From Azolla caroliniana (taxonomy: Eukaryota > Plantae > Polypodiophyta): 64,000 nucleotides of DNA. Of the stretch, positions 1 to 11,335 are shown piece by piece. The stretch's first letter is position 1; every line of letters begins with the position of its first letter. The stretch lies in NCBI GenBank assembly GCA_043228905.1, contig JBHGNT010000012.1, positions 4,154,001-4,218,000 of the forward strand, given 5' to 3'. Below the pieces are notes generated by a model, which worked only from the letters and a program-made list of their open reading frames with translations, was not told the origin of the DNA and did no database searches. Made by a program: the position numbers and the translations under genes.

Positions 1-1610
1 AATTGGAATTTCATGGAGGGTACTTTGCTTAAGATGGGTTTTCCAAATAGATGGATACGGGGTGTTTCAACATTATATCGTAATGCACATAGTTCGGTTT
101 TATTTGCAGGGGATATTGGTAGACGTTTCTCTATTTCAAGATCAGTAAGACAAGGATGTCCACTTGCTCCTTTTCTGTTTTTATTAGTATCTGAAGCGTT
201 TTCTGTACACTTAAATTCTCAGCATGTTAATATCAAAGGTCTAGCATTTCCATTTGCAGATGTTGGTGTTGATAGTGAGTTTGTTGATGATACAACTCTT
301 TATATTCACGCCTCACAATTTAACTTGTTGCATGTTCAAACCAAAAGACTAGGGTGTCTAATTTCAGAGGGGCAAACATTATGATCTCTCAAGTGTTAAC
401 GGTGTACTAGGTAACACTACCAACTTTGAGATTTGGTCATTTTCAGAATTGGTATGGTATGCTTTCGACATTGAATATACTTATAGGAGCTCGTTTTTAT
501 ACTCAAAATGGCAACCTCTACTTTTATGAAGTTTTGGATAATGGTAGGTTGTTGTTAGTGGAGGAAGAGTCTTCAATTATGTCTTTTGCCAAGCAGCTGC
601 CAGTGAGAGTAATTGCTAGGTTAGATAACAAGATATTTATAGATCCTAATCCATTAATTGCTAAGTATTCATCTCATATGTGGGTTTTACAGTCTAGACC
701 AATTGCTGATCTGCAGTGGGTTCCATTAGATTATGGTTGGAAGTTGCCCATGTCTGACACGACGCAAGCGAAAGTTCTTCCATTTTTCGCATATTCTGTG
801 GCATTGGGTAGAAAGGTTTTGTTAAATGAGATAGAGTCAAATTCTTGCGGGGAAAAAATATTGGGAAGAAGGTAATATGTCATCTTCATATATGTTGAAG
901 TTCTGGAAATAGTTTTGGTCACTTAAATGTATGAACAAGGTATTGCACTTTCGATGGTTAATGATTCATTATGCATTGCCAATAGGAGCTTTATTGAGGG
1001 GAACAATACCTGATCGATCATGTGGTAGGTGTGGTTTTGCATCTGAGACATTGCATCATGCTTTTTGGGAATGTGTTACGGCCAAATGTTTTTGGTCTCG
1101 TATTCTTAGGCTTTTAGGTTGTAAGTATAGAGTTGCTAAATTCACGTGGGGTACAATCTTTTGGGGTACGTTGGCTCAAGAAACGGTTTTTTATCATCAT
1201 CATAATTCATCGTTGACTTTACATGTGAAAAGTTTTCAGGTGTACGTTACAAATAGCTCCTTGCAAGGAGTCAAGTTATTTTCCAGGTGTTATGTTTGGA
1301 ACATTATCTCCTCTTTGGCCTTAAGGATTATTTGGAAAGCAAGGTGTTCTAAAATATATAATGATGAACAAACTAATGTTGTAGAGCAAGTTAAATCTTT
1401 TTGGGAATTATTGGTAAATACGGTTAAAGGTGAATATGATAGCTATAAGGGGTTTGGAAATGTACCTAACCGGAAAAGAAATTGAATTAGAAGAGTCTGG
1501 TCAGCTATTCCTATTTTCTTGGATATAGCAGGTGAAGATGTTAAGTGGAATTATGTTCCACCTCGGTGGTTATTCCTGCCACCAGCGCCATTTATATTGA
1601 ATACAACATG
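1..1610 (+). mobile_element. Degraded L1-type LINE fragment (RT and zf-RVT end of ORF2)
   Basis: ORF 13-384 has the non-LTR RT motifs SVRQGCPLAPFLFLLVSEA and EFVDDTTL. ORF 931-1485 has a zf-RVT-like CGRCGFASETLHHAFWEC and IIWKARC. Broken by stops and frameshifts; 5' part lies outside the window. Confidence 0.85.
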
Positions 1611-2974
1611 ACTAAATAGGAAGTCCACATTAAATTGTCATTAGGACAATAGTGCATTAAGTTTGTTTGTAGTCATGGAAGTATTTCTAGTTGGTAAGGA
1701 TGAATGATGGTGTTGGCGGGGGGTTGAAGCACATTTTTAGGAGGGGATGCACACAATACATTTACTCTATTGTTGTTTGTATAGGTTTTAGGTGGTCAAC
1801 GAACATAGGGTTGATGTAGAAAATGAAGCACATTGTTGATGTGGAAAATGAAGCACATTCTAGTTTTGTGGAGGATGTTTGATGATGGTGTAAGGGGATC
1901 AAGCCAATTTCTTGAGGGGATTAGGAGAAAAACTCATTCTGTTTTTGTTACAGGATTTTTAGTGGACATTGGCAAGATGCTAATCGCCGAGATGGCTGAT
2001 GTGGACTAAATGAAGAATTATTTCTGTGATAAGGATGAGTGAAGATGGTGGGGGAGTTGAAGCCGACTATCATGAGTGAGTGAGGAAATCTTTAGACTAA
2101 TTTCTTGTTGTTAATACAGGATTTTTGTGGACATTGGCAACATGCCAAGATGGTATACAAAGAGTCTGACAAATCATCCCTACATGAACTCACCAAAGAA
2201 ATTTGAAGAAATGTGTATATTGGGAGAGTAAGCTAATCAAGACGGTCATATTGGTCTACGAGGCTGTTTACCTCTATTTTCTCATGCTGATGAACAGTAC
2301 ATAGGACTATGGTGGAGGAGATGTATATTCTCGATGGTCGTGAAGATGAAGGAGATGGTAGCTGTCGACAGGGGTCCAAGGTGGCCCACCACATTTTTAT
2401 TCCAACATGGAGAATAGGTTAAAGGAAAGCAAAGCAAAATTGTTTGCATTGGTGAACAAGAGGTCATGGTCATATTTGAATGGAGGACAAACTTCTATGT
2501 TCATTACATGTAAAATGTCTCATGGTATTCCTTTTTAGTCTTTCACTTCCCTTAGTTGTGGTTTTCAAAGGTCATCATGGCTACAACCATTGTAATATTT
2601 TTAGTCTAGTTGTTTCGTCGTGTATGCAGAATTCTACTAATGAAGAATATCTTCTTTTGGAAAAAAAAAGAAAAGAACCAAGATCACAAACAAAAAGGCT
2701 GATTGATTCAATGAACAATGCAAATGCAACACGGAACAACTACCAACAGGATCGGCTAAAGATGCCAAAGTAATGGCAACAAAATCGATCGATCAATGAG
2801 CAATGCAACATCGATAACGATGAATTGATGAACGATACCCAAGCGATAGTGGCAAACCAGTTAATCAACATGCAGACCTTGAAAAAATGAGAAGGAAGAC
2901 ACTCCTTGAATCAAACCCACAATTGTGGTGGAGAAGAATTTTGTTGATGCCGCCATACCACAATACTTACACGA

Positions 2975-3160
2975 GTATGTACGTACGTACATACAAATAC
3001 ATGCTATTGCTGATACTATTACATACATACATACATGTGTACGTACGTACGTACATACATACATACATACATACATACATACTCATGCTATTACATACAT
3101 ACATACAATACATATTGATATAATATGTATATACAATATGTACATACATATAGTCTATGT

Positions 3161-3202
<42 letters not shown>
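2975..3202. repeat. (TACA)n and (TC)n microsatellites upstream of the ZIFL start codon
   Basis: Directly visible tacatacatac runs and a (TC)n tract at 3164-3202 that ends 6 nt before ATG 3209. Confidence 0.9.
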
Positions 3203-3204
<2 letters not shown>

Positions 3205-3208
3205 AGCT

Positions 3209-6200
3209 ATGGCGGAATCCACTGCTAGAACTCCTCTTCTTCATGACAAGAATCCGCATGGAGATTGCCCAGGTTGCCTCCTTGCTCGAAGAAAGATAGA
3301 ATCCAAAGAAATCCCAAGGAAACAGCTGGTTCTCGTCGCGTTTCTCGTCCTCTGCGCTGGTAACTAATTAATCTCCATTCGTTTATCATCTTTATAATAA
3401 GAATCCATTCATCTCTCTCTCTCTCCCCCGTACCAAATATTAGCTCATCGATAACAATTCCATTGACACTACATATGTTTGAGCTCCATGAAGGTTCCAA
3501 AAAAAATGCCGATAATTGGAATCGTCAGTATATATCTTAAAGTCTCCATTTTGTGAGTGCGTGTATGTATGCATGTATGTATTTTTATCCTGAAATATCT
3601 CCGCCTATGTTTTTTCTCCTATAATTAAGATATGGATTTGTCGAGGTGAAGGAAGATTCAGAGATATTGAGGAATCTTGAGAATGATGATGAAGATTAAT
3701 GCCTCATCTATCTAAGCCACGGTAAAAACTTAATAGATTAAAAGTCTCCGTTTTACCTTATGATCCGAAGGTTGATCAATGGCTTTGTTTTGGATCGCCA
3801 TAAGCTTGTTCTTTGTGTTTTTCCCCCTGTCCGCATGTAATGAATCAGTGGCTGAGAAAAATTCTTTCTGTGGCTCTGTTGACAGCTTTGCCGATTTCAT
3901 CACTCTTCCCATTCATATACTCTAAGATGGTAAATACAGGAGGTAGAATAGTTTTTGTAGATAATAAAAGTCTACGTTTTTAATCTTATTCCTACATTGG
4001 TAGCAAATGCACTATCATGGTCTGCAATATTTTGTTAAACAGGTGAGAGATCTAGGTATAGCAGAATCGGATACGGATATCGGCACGTATGCAGGTTATA
4101 TATATAGCTAAAAATGAAATTATAAAAATGGCAGATCCTCTTGATCATAATGGAAGTTTGATTTTGAATCTCCTTCAGTTTCTTCCTTTGTTGACTATGT
4201 ATGTGCAAACAAAAGGAGGAAAACTCTGAAGTACCTGCCCTGTGCAAATTTCTTTATTTCCCTGAATGTGCCCAAGTTTCCCTTTCATTACCTAAAATGC
4301 TGCTGGCTAACGATCTAAAAGAGATCACAAGGAGATGAATGGAATCACATAATGGCTCAAACAGCAGATGTAATTGCGCTGGGGAGGCCGTGGGTGCTTG
4401 ACACGAACTAAAGAGAAACACGGGCGTTTTTTGGAGTTTTGTTTTTTTATCACATCAGAATGCAAATCTCCTAATTTTTGTAGACTCGGTTTGGGTAAAA
4501 TATTGTTGCAGGATCATCAGCCTTCATGTTTGGGCATTGTCTAACTTCCACGCCTTGGGGCATGTTTTCTGATAAATTCGGTCGAAAACCTGTCATGGTC
4601 ATCGGTACTTCACCAACGTAATTTGATGATTCTTAAACCTATTTCTCTCTATGTAAATTTGGCATATGATCATGACTTAACTTTCTCTCGATTTTTACAT
4701 TCTCAGGATTGTGTTCAATACACTCTTTGGCTTCAGTTCGAACTATTGGGTAGCATTGCTGTCGAGCTTCTTGCTTGGATTTTGCAATGGAAGACTAGGT
4801 ACCGTCCGAGTATATGCTACTTTCATCTTATTGAATAAAATGTTTGCTCATTTGTTCTCTTTCCAACTAGTCAAAATAACCTTCGATTTGTAGGCATATG
4901 TATTGGAGATTTGTATTGAAGAGCATCGAGCACTTGGGTTATCAGTGGTAAATGAAATGTTTTTTCAGTCCTTATGAAATGTACTCTTTTCTATTCATCA
5001 TCATAGAAAGTTTACCGACTTTTGGAGATTAATGGAATGGAATATTAGGTGGGCACAATGTGGGGTCTTGGTTTGATCATTGGTCCAGCTATCGGCGGAT
5101 AGCTTGCACTAGTATGCCTACAATCCCCCTATTTGACTCCCTTCATTTTATATATTTTGCATGGCGTCTAAGTTTTTCTCAAAATCTTGTCTTCTAGATT
5201 AGAGCAATATGTGTAATTCCATGTCTGTAAGGGCCAACTTTTAATCTGTATTCATCTATTATGTGCTGCATTCTATCCTTAGGAGTGTGCTTCAACATTC
5301 ATTTATGTTCTTCCGGTATAAGCTGAATGCTATTGATTGTTTAGTCTTGTATATTGCATCCTTTTTACAGCCTAGCGAGAAGTATCCTACCATCTTTCCA
5401 AGCGGATCCCTTTTTGACGAGTGCGTTTTCGGTGAAAAATCTTTAATAACATATTAAAAAGTTGTTTATATATGCCTATACATTTGTCCAATTTGTATGT
5501 GCTTGAGTTTTTCAGGCTCCCCTATGCTTTACCATGTATAAGCATATCTTTCTTCTCTGTGGTGGCACTTCTTGTATTCTTTTGGCTTCCCGTAAGCTGC
5601 AAAAATCGTATAGAATGTAATATATTCTCTTTATGGATGCTCTGTGGAAAGAAAGAAAGAAAGAAAGAAAAGACTTCTCTTTTTGTGTCTACAAAGACTA
5701 TTGCTGCATATCTTTCATATTTCTCCACAACTGGATATTGCAAATGCTTAATGGTGCAAACAGCATTATGGAATGCATTCTGTTTTGAAGTACATATATG
5801 GATGTTCACTGATCGAAAGAAAAAAAGGTTTTTCCCACCAACTGGAGAATCAATGGAGATTGCCAAATATGCTTAATAGCTCAAATACTTATGAATTGAA
5901 TGTTCACTGTTCTTTTTATTGAATCAGGAGACCGCACACAACCATGCTATTGTGGTTCCTAGCCAAGTTCCGCATCAGCCTGCGAACAATAGCAACTCAA
6001 ATGGAAAAAAAGAGGATTACTTGTTTGGTTTATCTCAAGAAGACAATGTAAAAACTGCAAATGCGTCGATATGGAGAAACAGGCCAGTGATTGCTGCAAT
6101 CTCTCTCTGGTGTGTTTGGGGATTACATGATATGGCATATTCTGAGAGGTATATAATTTTTAGTATCTTTATATGTATGTTTTCAAAGTTATGGATATAT

Positions 6201-7246
6201 TATATCGAGCCATCATGGATGTTTACAAATTACTTCCATTTCTTTCTGGTTCTGAAATGCATACATCTTCCTAAAACACTTGTAAATCCTAAACCCTATG
6301 TCAGATTTTTTCTTTATGGGCTGTCAGCCCTGCAACCTATGGAGGATTAGGATTTACGAGCGCAGAAGTAGGCGATGTCCTTGCCGTCGCAGGTTCAAAA
6401 TCATTTATTAGTTTAATCCTGTGGATGTTTCTTCGTTAGTAAGTATAAAATAAGTGCTCAATGAATAGGTATACATATTGAGAGCATTTTTCTTCTAGCC
6501 TTAGTTACATAAAGCTGTAACTAACTCTATTTGCTTCTTTGTTTTTCACTTTCTGTCTGTCTGTCTGTCTGTCTCTCTTTATATAGGAGCTGCACTGCTT
6601 CTATTTCAGGTTTTTGTGTTTGCATTGTTGGTGAAGAGAATTGGAGCTATTTTGATAGCTCGTATTCCAGCAGTAAGATTACTCCCTATTCTTTGTTGTT
6701 TACTTCATCTTTGTTATATGTGTCAATATCCACACTCGTTTACTCTAATTTTTTTGTGAATCTATAGATTTTTGCATTGTTATGATATTGTTGTGCACAA
6801 ACTGTCGAATTGCATTGAAGCAATCAGACTGTCGAATTGCATTCAAGCAATGCTTTCATGGTATGTTCCAAAACATCTCAACATGTACTCCTCATAGGCT
6901 GATTTACACCACAGTTTCAGCCTTTTGAATGAAGACTTGTAGTTCTCTGGTTTACTGAGCTTGTCAGTGGTTTTTTTTGGCCTGCTGTTTGGCCGATACG
7001 TTTACATTAATCGGATCCAAAAAGTTTAGCATTAATGTTTTTGTTAACAGCACAGCGCGATCCAAAACAAATTAGAAAACCCTTTACATTTCTCAGTCTT
7101 TTTTAAACATCTCCCATAAAGTGACCCAGATACGGACAGGTTATATCGATTCCCTTAACCTTGGCATATCCTTTGATGGCGTTGTTGAGCGGGCCACTGT
7201 TGTGGTGGGTTCTTATATTGCAGCTCGTATCAAGAACATCTTATCA
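3209..7246 (+). pseudogene. ZIFL: ZINC INDUCED FACILITATOR-LIKE (MFS transporter) pseudogene, 13 exons, 3'-truncated
   Basis: GT-AG exons: 3209-3359, 3886-3929, 4043-~4100, 4512-4617, 4707-4809, 4894-4947, 5049-5111, 5371-5420, 5516-5591, 5928-6148, 6305-6392, 6587-6672, 7140-7246. They give ZIFL motifs CPGC, ALPISSLFPF, DIGTYAG, WGMFSDKFGRKPV, IVFNTLFG, WGLGLIIGPAIGG, LHDMAYSE/IFSLWAVSP and YGGLGF. Lesions: in-frame TAG 5100-5102 (GG*LA), extra AG before the exon-10 donor (frameshift), frameshift in exon 13, no normal exon-3 donor, and no last exons found. Confidence 0.85.
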
Positions 7247-8357
7247 GTAAGCTGCGTGTTTCTTCGATTTTGTTTACACATATTTCTGTGTCATTGGATT
7301 GGTTTTATTTCATACGTTTTCTATGTGTGTGTGTGCATGTAGAGGCATGTGTAGGTCACTCACTATTCATGCTTAGTACATGCATGGGGATCCTCCTGGC
7401 GTCTATCAACTGAGATTTTTTTAGTCGAATTCAGGGATCCAATGTTCAAGCATATGGAACTCTTAACTCAATTCGTTCACGTCGAGAAACAATGAAGAAA
7501 AAAAAGTCTCGTTGCATCTTTTTTCAAATGCATGCATTGGGGAGATATATATACCATATATCGAAGTTTTGGGTCATCATAAATACATACATACATACAT
7601 ACATTTATTTCCCCAAATCCCTTTGGTCAACAATTCCCAAATGCGAGAAGAATTGACCAAAGATTTGGTCGAGTAGCATAGATAAATTAAGAAGTGGGAT
7701 TGCTCGACTATATCTTGCAAGAGCTTGGACATAATGGGCCAAACATCATTCGTTTATACCCACGGCGTGCAGTTAAGGTTTCATGGAATTTCAAAATATT
7801 AAATGGTCTAAAGAAACATTGACCAAAAATCTGCAGATTGTCATGGGCAGAAACTCGAATGGAGGCGTCATTTCTCCACTAGGCCATTCATCATGATTTT
7901 GGTCCAATTTATACATTCTCTCACAAAAGCATTTCCATATGAACGATCGAGAATGCCCCCAAAAGGCTAACGTTTCAACATTTATTTTTTTATTACAATG
8001 GGTCTTACAACATTCGTTCTATTTGGGAGGTTGCGGACGTTGCTTAACAAGACGTTGACCCTACATGACAAACTCACAAGAACAATAAATAGGTTGAACA
8101 TAATTATTGGCCAACACTTATCTTAATTCGTTATTCCATTAATAATGGCTAAGATTTGGTTTATTGAACATTTGGCTAATATACTTGAGACTAGGAGGTG
8201 CTAACACATGAGATAGACCACATATGTTGGGTTCCAAGCAAAAAGTCGAAAGACTCTTGCACATAAGGAAGACCAAGTTTTCCGAAACTTTTGTATAAAA
8301 CTTCAAGCATCAGAGTTCCAAGAACTCATGATATTTGATGGGGAGCCATTTTGAATC

Positions 8358-8476
8358 TCGTGGATGGAGCTAGAGTATACAAGCAAAAAAGCCTCATTAA
8401 AAAAACACAAGAGCCTTCGTGGATGGAGCTAGAGTATACAAGCAAACAAGCCTCATTAAGAAAACACAAGAGCCTT
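8358..8476. repeat. 59-bp tandem duplication
   Basis: tcgtggatggagctagagtatacaagcaaa.aagcctcattaa.aaaacacaagagcct occurs twice head to tail. Confidence 0.9.
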
Positions 8477-8625
8477 CTGGCTATTATTTCCCCGAATGAA
8501 CCTAGGCGTTCCGCGATTTGCTTGGAAGAGGCTAAGGAGCGTATAATGTCTTTAGACAAAGCTATTCAAGCATTGAGAGGTATTTGTTTTTTCCCTTTGC
8601 AAACCCGAAGGCACGAGTTTGGTTA

Positions 8626-8730
8626 CCCGAGTAGCCCAAAGGCTTTAGTTTGGTCGCCCGAATGGCCCAAAGGCTTCAATATGGTCGCCCCGAATGGCCC
8701 CAAAGGCTTTAGTTTGATCGCTTGAATGGC
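8626..8730. repeat. ~31-bp tandem repeat (3+ copies), possibly a DNA-transposon subterminal repeat
   Basis: Unit cccgaatggcccaaaggcttt agtttggtcg repeated with small variations. The transposon origin is inference only. Confidence 0.7.
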
Positions 8731-9266
8731 ATGTTATTGTTATTTTCCCAGAAAAGCCCGTGGTCGGATGATGGATCGTGTGTCGAGCAAGGGTGTGATT
8801 TGTGAACCATTTATTCTATTTGGGCAGAGTGTGAAGAGTTGGGTTGAAGGCAGTGCTATTTTTAGGAAGCATGGATTTAGACAGGGGCATTTTGGGAAAT
8901 AATGAAAACGCAAGGGCATTTGGGGAATTATAGAAAAACCCCTCATCTCATCAAACCCTAATTTGAGTTCTACCTCCCTTCTCAAACCCTAATCCCTTCC
9001 AGAAAACCCGCCTTCCCGTCATCACCAAACGCTAAATCCTGAAACTTCTTCTTCTGCAAGAAAACCCTGATGGTTTCCATGTTTGGATTGTTCTTGAAGG
9101 ATTCTCTTTCAAGGGAACCCTAATTCCTCAATCTCCTCCTCCTTCAATCCTGAAGCTGGTTTTTTTTTCTGCTGGGAATTCTCTTTCAATGGATTCCTAA
9201 TTCCTAAAGTTCCTCCGCTTTCTGCTTCTTTTAGAGAACTTGAAGCTCGCCATGCATGGCTTGTTC

Positions 9267-11335
9267 TTGAAGGATGGATACCTTAATTTGAACCTTCTTC
9301 TTCTACCCTAATTTCTGAATCTTTCCATGTCTTCTTCTTCTTCTTCTTCTCGACCTCCTGATATCTTCTCCATGTCAGAATTGCATCATTTCTTGGCTTC
9401 TTCTGCTTCCTTTTTTCCAACATCCGGACCTCTTCTCAATTATCAGGAACCATATTTTCATGCCTTGTTTTTCCTTCCATCCTTTACCATCTTCATATTT
9501 TCTTCCATATTCAGCATCCGTCTATTCTCCTCCCCACTTCTCCTTTCGACGGCTCTGTGTGGCATCACTGGAAGCGTTCATGGATTCTTCTTCCTCTTCT
9601 TCATTGTTGTAGAAAATGAAGTTTGGAAAATGGACCTATTCAAGCGATATGTCAAGTGCATACATGGCGTGATTCATTATACTCGTCATGAGTTTCTTCA
9701 ACACAGTAAAGTTTCTTCTTCTCCTTTCGCTTTCATGGAAGATTGTGATAATGTATTTTTTCTTCTTCAAGACAAGCCATGTTTATTCATTTTCTTCCAT
9801 ATTTCTTTCTGAAATTGAAACAGATGAAAACCATTTAGGGAAGAGAAAGAGAAGAAGCAGAGCGTAACATTCTTTGATTTTGAAAGAAGAAAGATTGTAC
9901 AGAAAAACTTCTTCCATGCTTTTTGTCTAAATGTTTTTCGTATGAAAAGTTTCAACAATGCAGAAGACCAACTTGAAGAAGAGTTTTGTGTGCGCTTCGA
10001 AGCTAAACAAAGATTCCATTATAGCGATGGATTGAAGGATGGCTTAATTTGAACCTTCTTCTTCTACTCTAATTCCTGAATCTTTCCATGTCTTCTTCTT
10101 CTTCTTCTTCTCGACCTCCGGTTATCTTCTCCATGTCAGAATTGCATCATTTCTTGGCTTCTGCTGCTTCCATTCTTTACCATCTTCATATTTCCGTCCA
10201 TATTCAGAAACCGTCTATCCTTCTCACCACAGCTCTGTGTGGCATCACTGGTAACGTTCATGGATACTTCTTCTTCGTCTTCATTGTTGTAGAAAATGAA
10301 GTTTGGAAAATGAACCTATTCAAGGCATATGCCAAGTGCATCCATGGCGTGTTTCATTATACTCGTCATGAGTTTCTTCAACACAGTAAAGTTTCTTCTT
10401 CTCCTTTCTCATTCGTGGAAGATTGTGATAATGTATTTTTTCTTCTTCAAGACAAGCCATGTTTATTCATTTTCTTCCATATTTCTTTCTGAAATTGAAA
10501 CGGAAGAAAACCATTTAGGGAAGAGAAAGAGAAGAAGCAGAGCGTAACATTCTTTGATTTTGAAAGAAGAAAGATTGTACAGAAAAAACTTCTTCCGTGC
10601 TTTTTTTCTAAATGTTTCTCGTATGAAAAGTTTCAACAATGCAGAAGACCAACTTGAAGAAGAGTTTTGCGTGCGCTTGGAAGCTAAACAAAGATTACGT
10701 TATAGCGATGGATTGAAGGATGGCTTAATTTGAACCTTCTGAATCTAATTTCTGAATCTTTCCATGTCTTCTTCTTCTTCTTCTTCTTCTCGACCTCCGG
10801 ATAACTTCTCCATGTCAGAATTGCATCATTTCTTGGCTTCTGCTGCTTCCATTCTTTACCATCTTCATATTTCCTTCCATATACAGCATCCGTCTGTTTT
10901 CCTCCCCACAACTCTGTGTGGCATCACTGGTAACGTTCATGGATACTTCTTCTTCGTCTTCATTGTTGTAGAAAATGAAGTTTGGAAAATGAACCTATTC
11001 AAGCCATATGCCAAATGCATCCATGGCGTGATTCATTATACTCGTCATGAGTTTCTTCAACACAGTAAAGTTTCTTCATCTCCTTTCTCTTTCATGGAAG
11101 ATTATGATAATGTATTTTTTCTTCTTCAAGACTAGCCATGTTTATTCATTCTCTTCCATATTTCTTTCTGAAATTGAAACAGATGAAAACCAATTAGGGA
11201 GAGAGAGAAGGAGGAGAGAGTAATATTCTTTGACTTAAAAAGAAGAATGATTGTACAGAAAAACTTCTTCCAAGCTTTTGTCAATATTTTTCTCGGATGA
11301 ATAGTTTCAACAATGCAGAAGGCCAAATTGAAGAA
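9267..11335. repeat. Tandem array type A: 3 units of ~680-765 bp
   Basis: Anchor ttgaaggatgg...ttaatttgaaccttct at 9267, 10032 and 10713. Each unit gives a similar MSSSSSSSRPP ORF. Confidence 0.9.

Noticed and set aside
2861-3149. MYVCMYV-type ORFs (also 16753-17095)
   Set aside because: Translations of TACA/TA microsatellites.
9327-11135. Three similar 123-161-aa ORFs starting MSSSSSSSRPP as a tandem gene family
   Set aside because: They are translations of CTT-rich satellite units, Phe/Ser-biased, differ by indels and show no recognisable domain.
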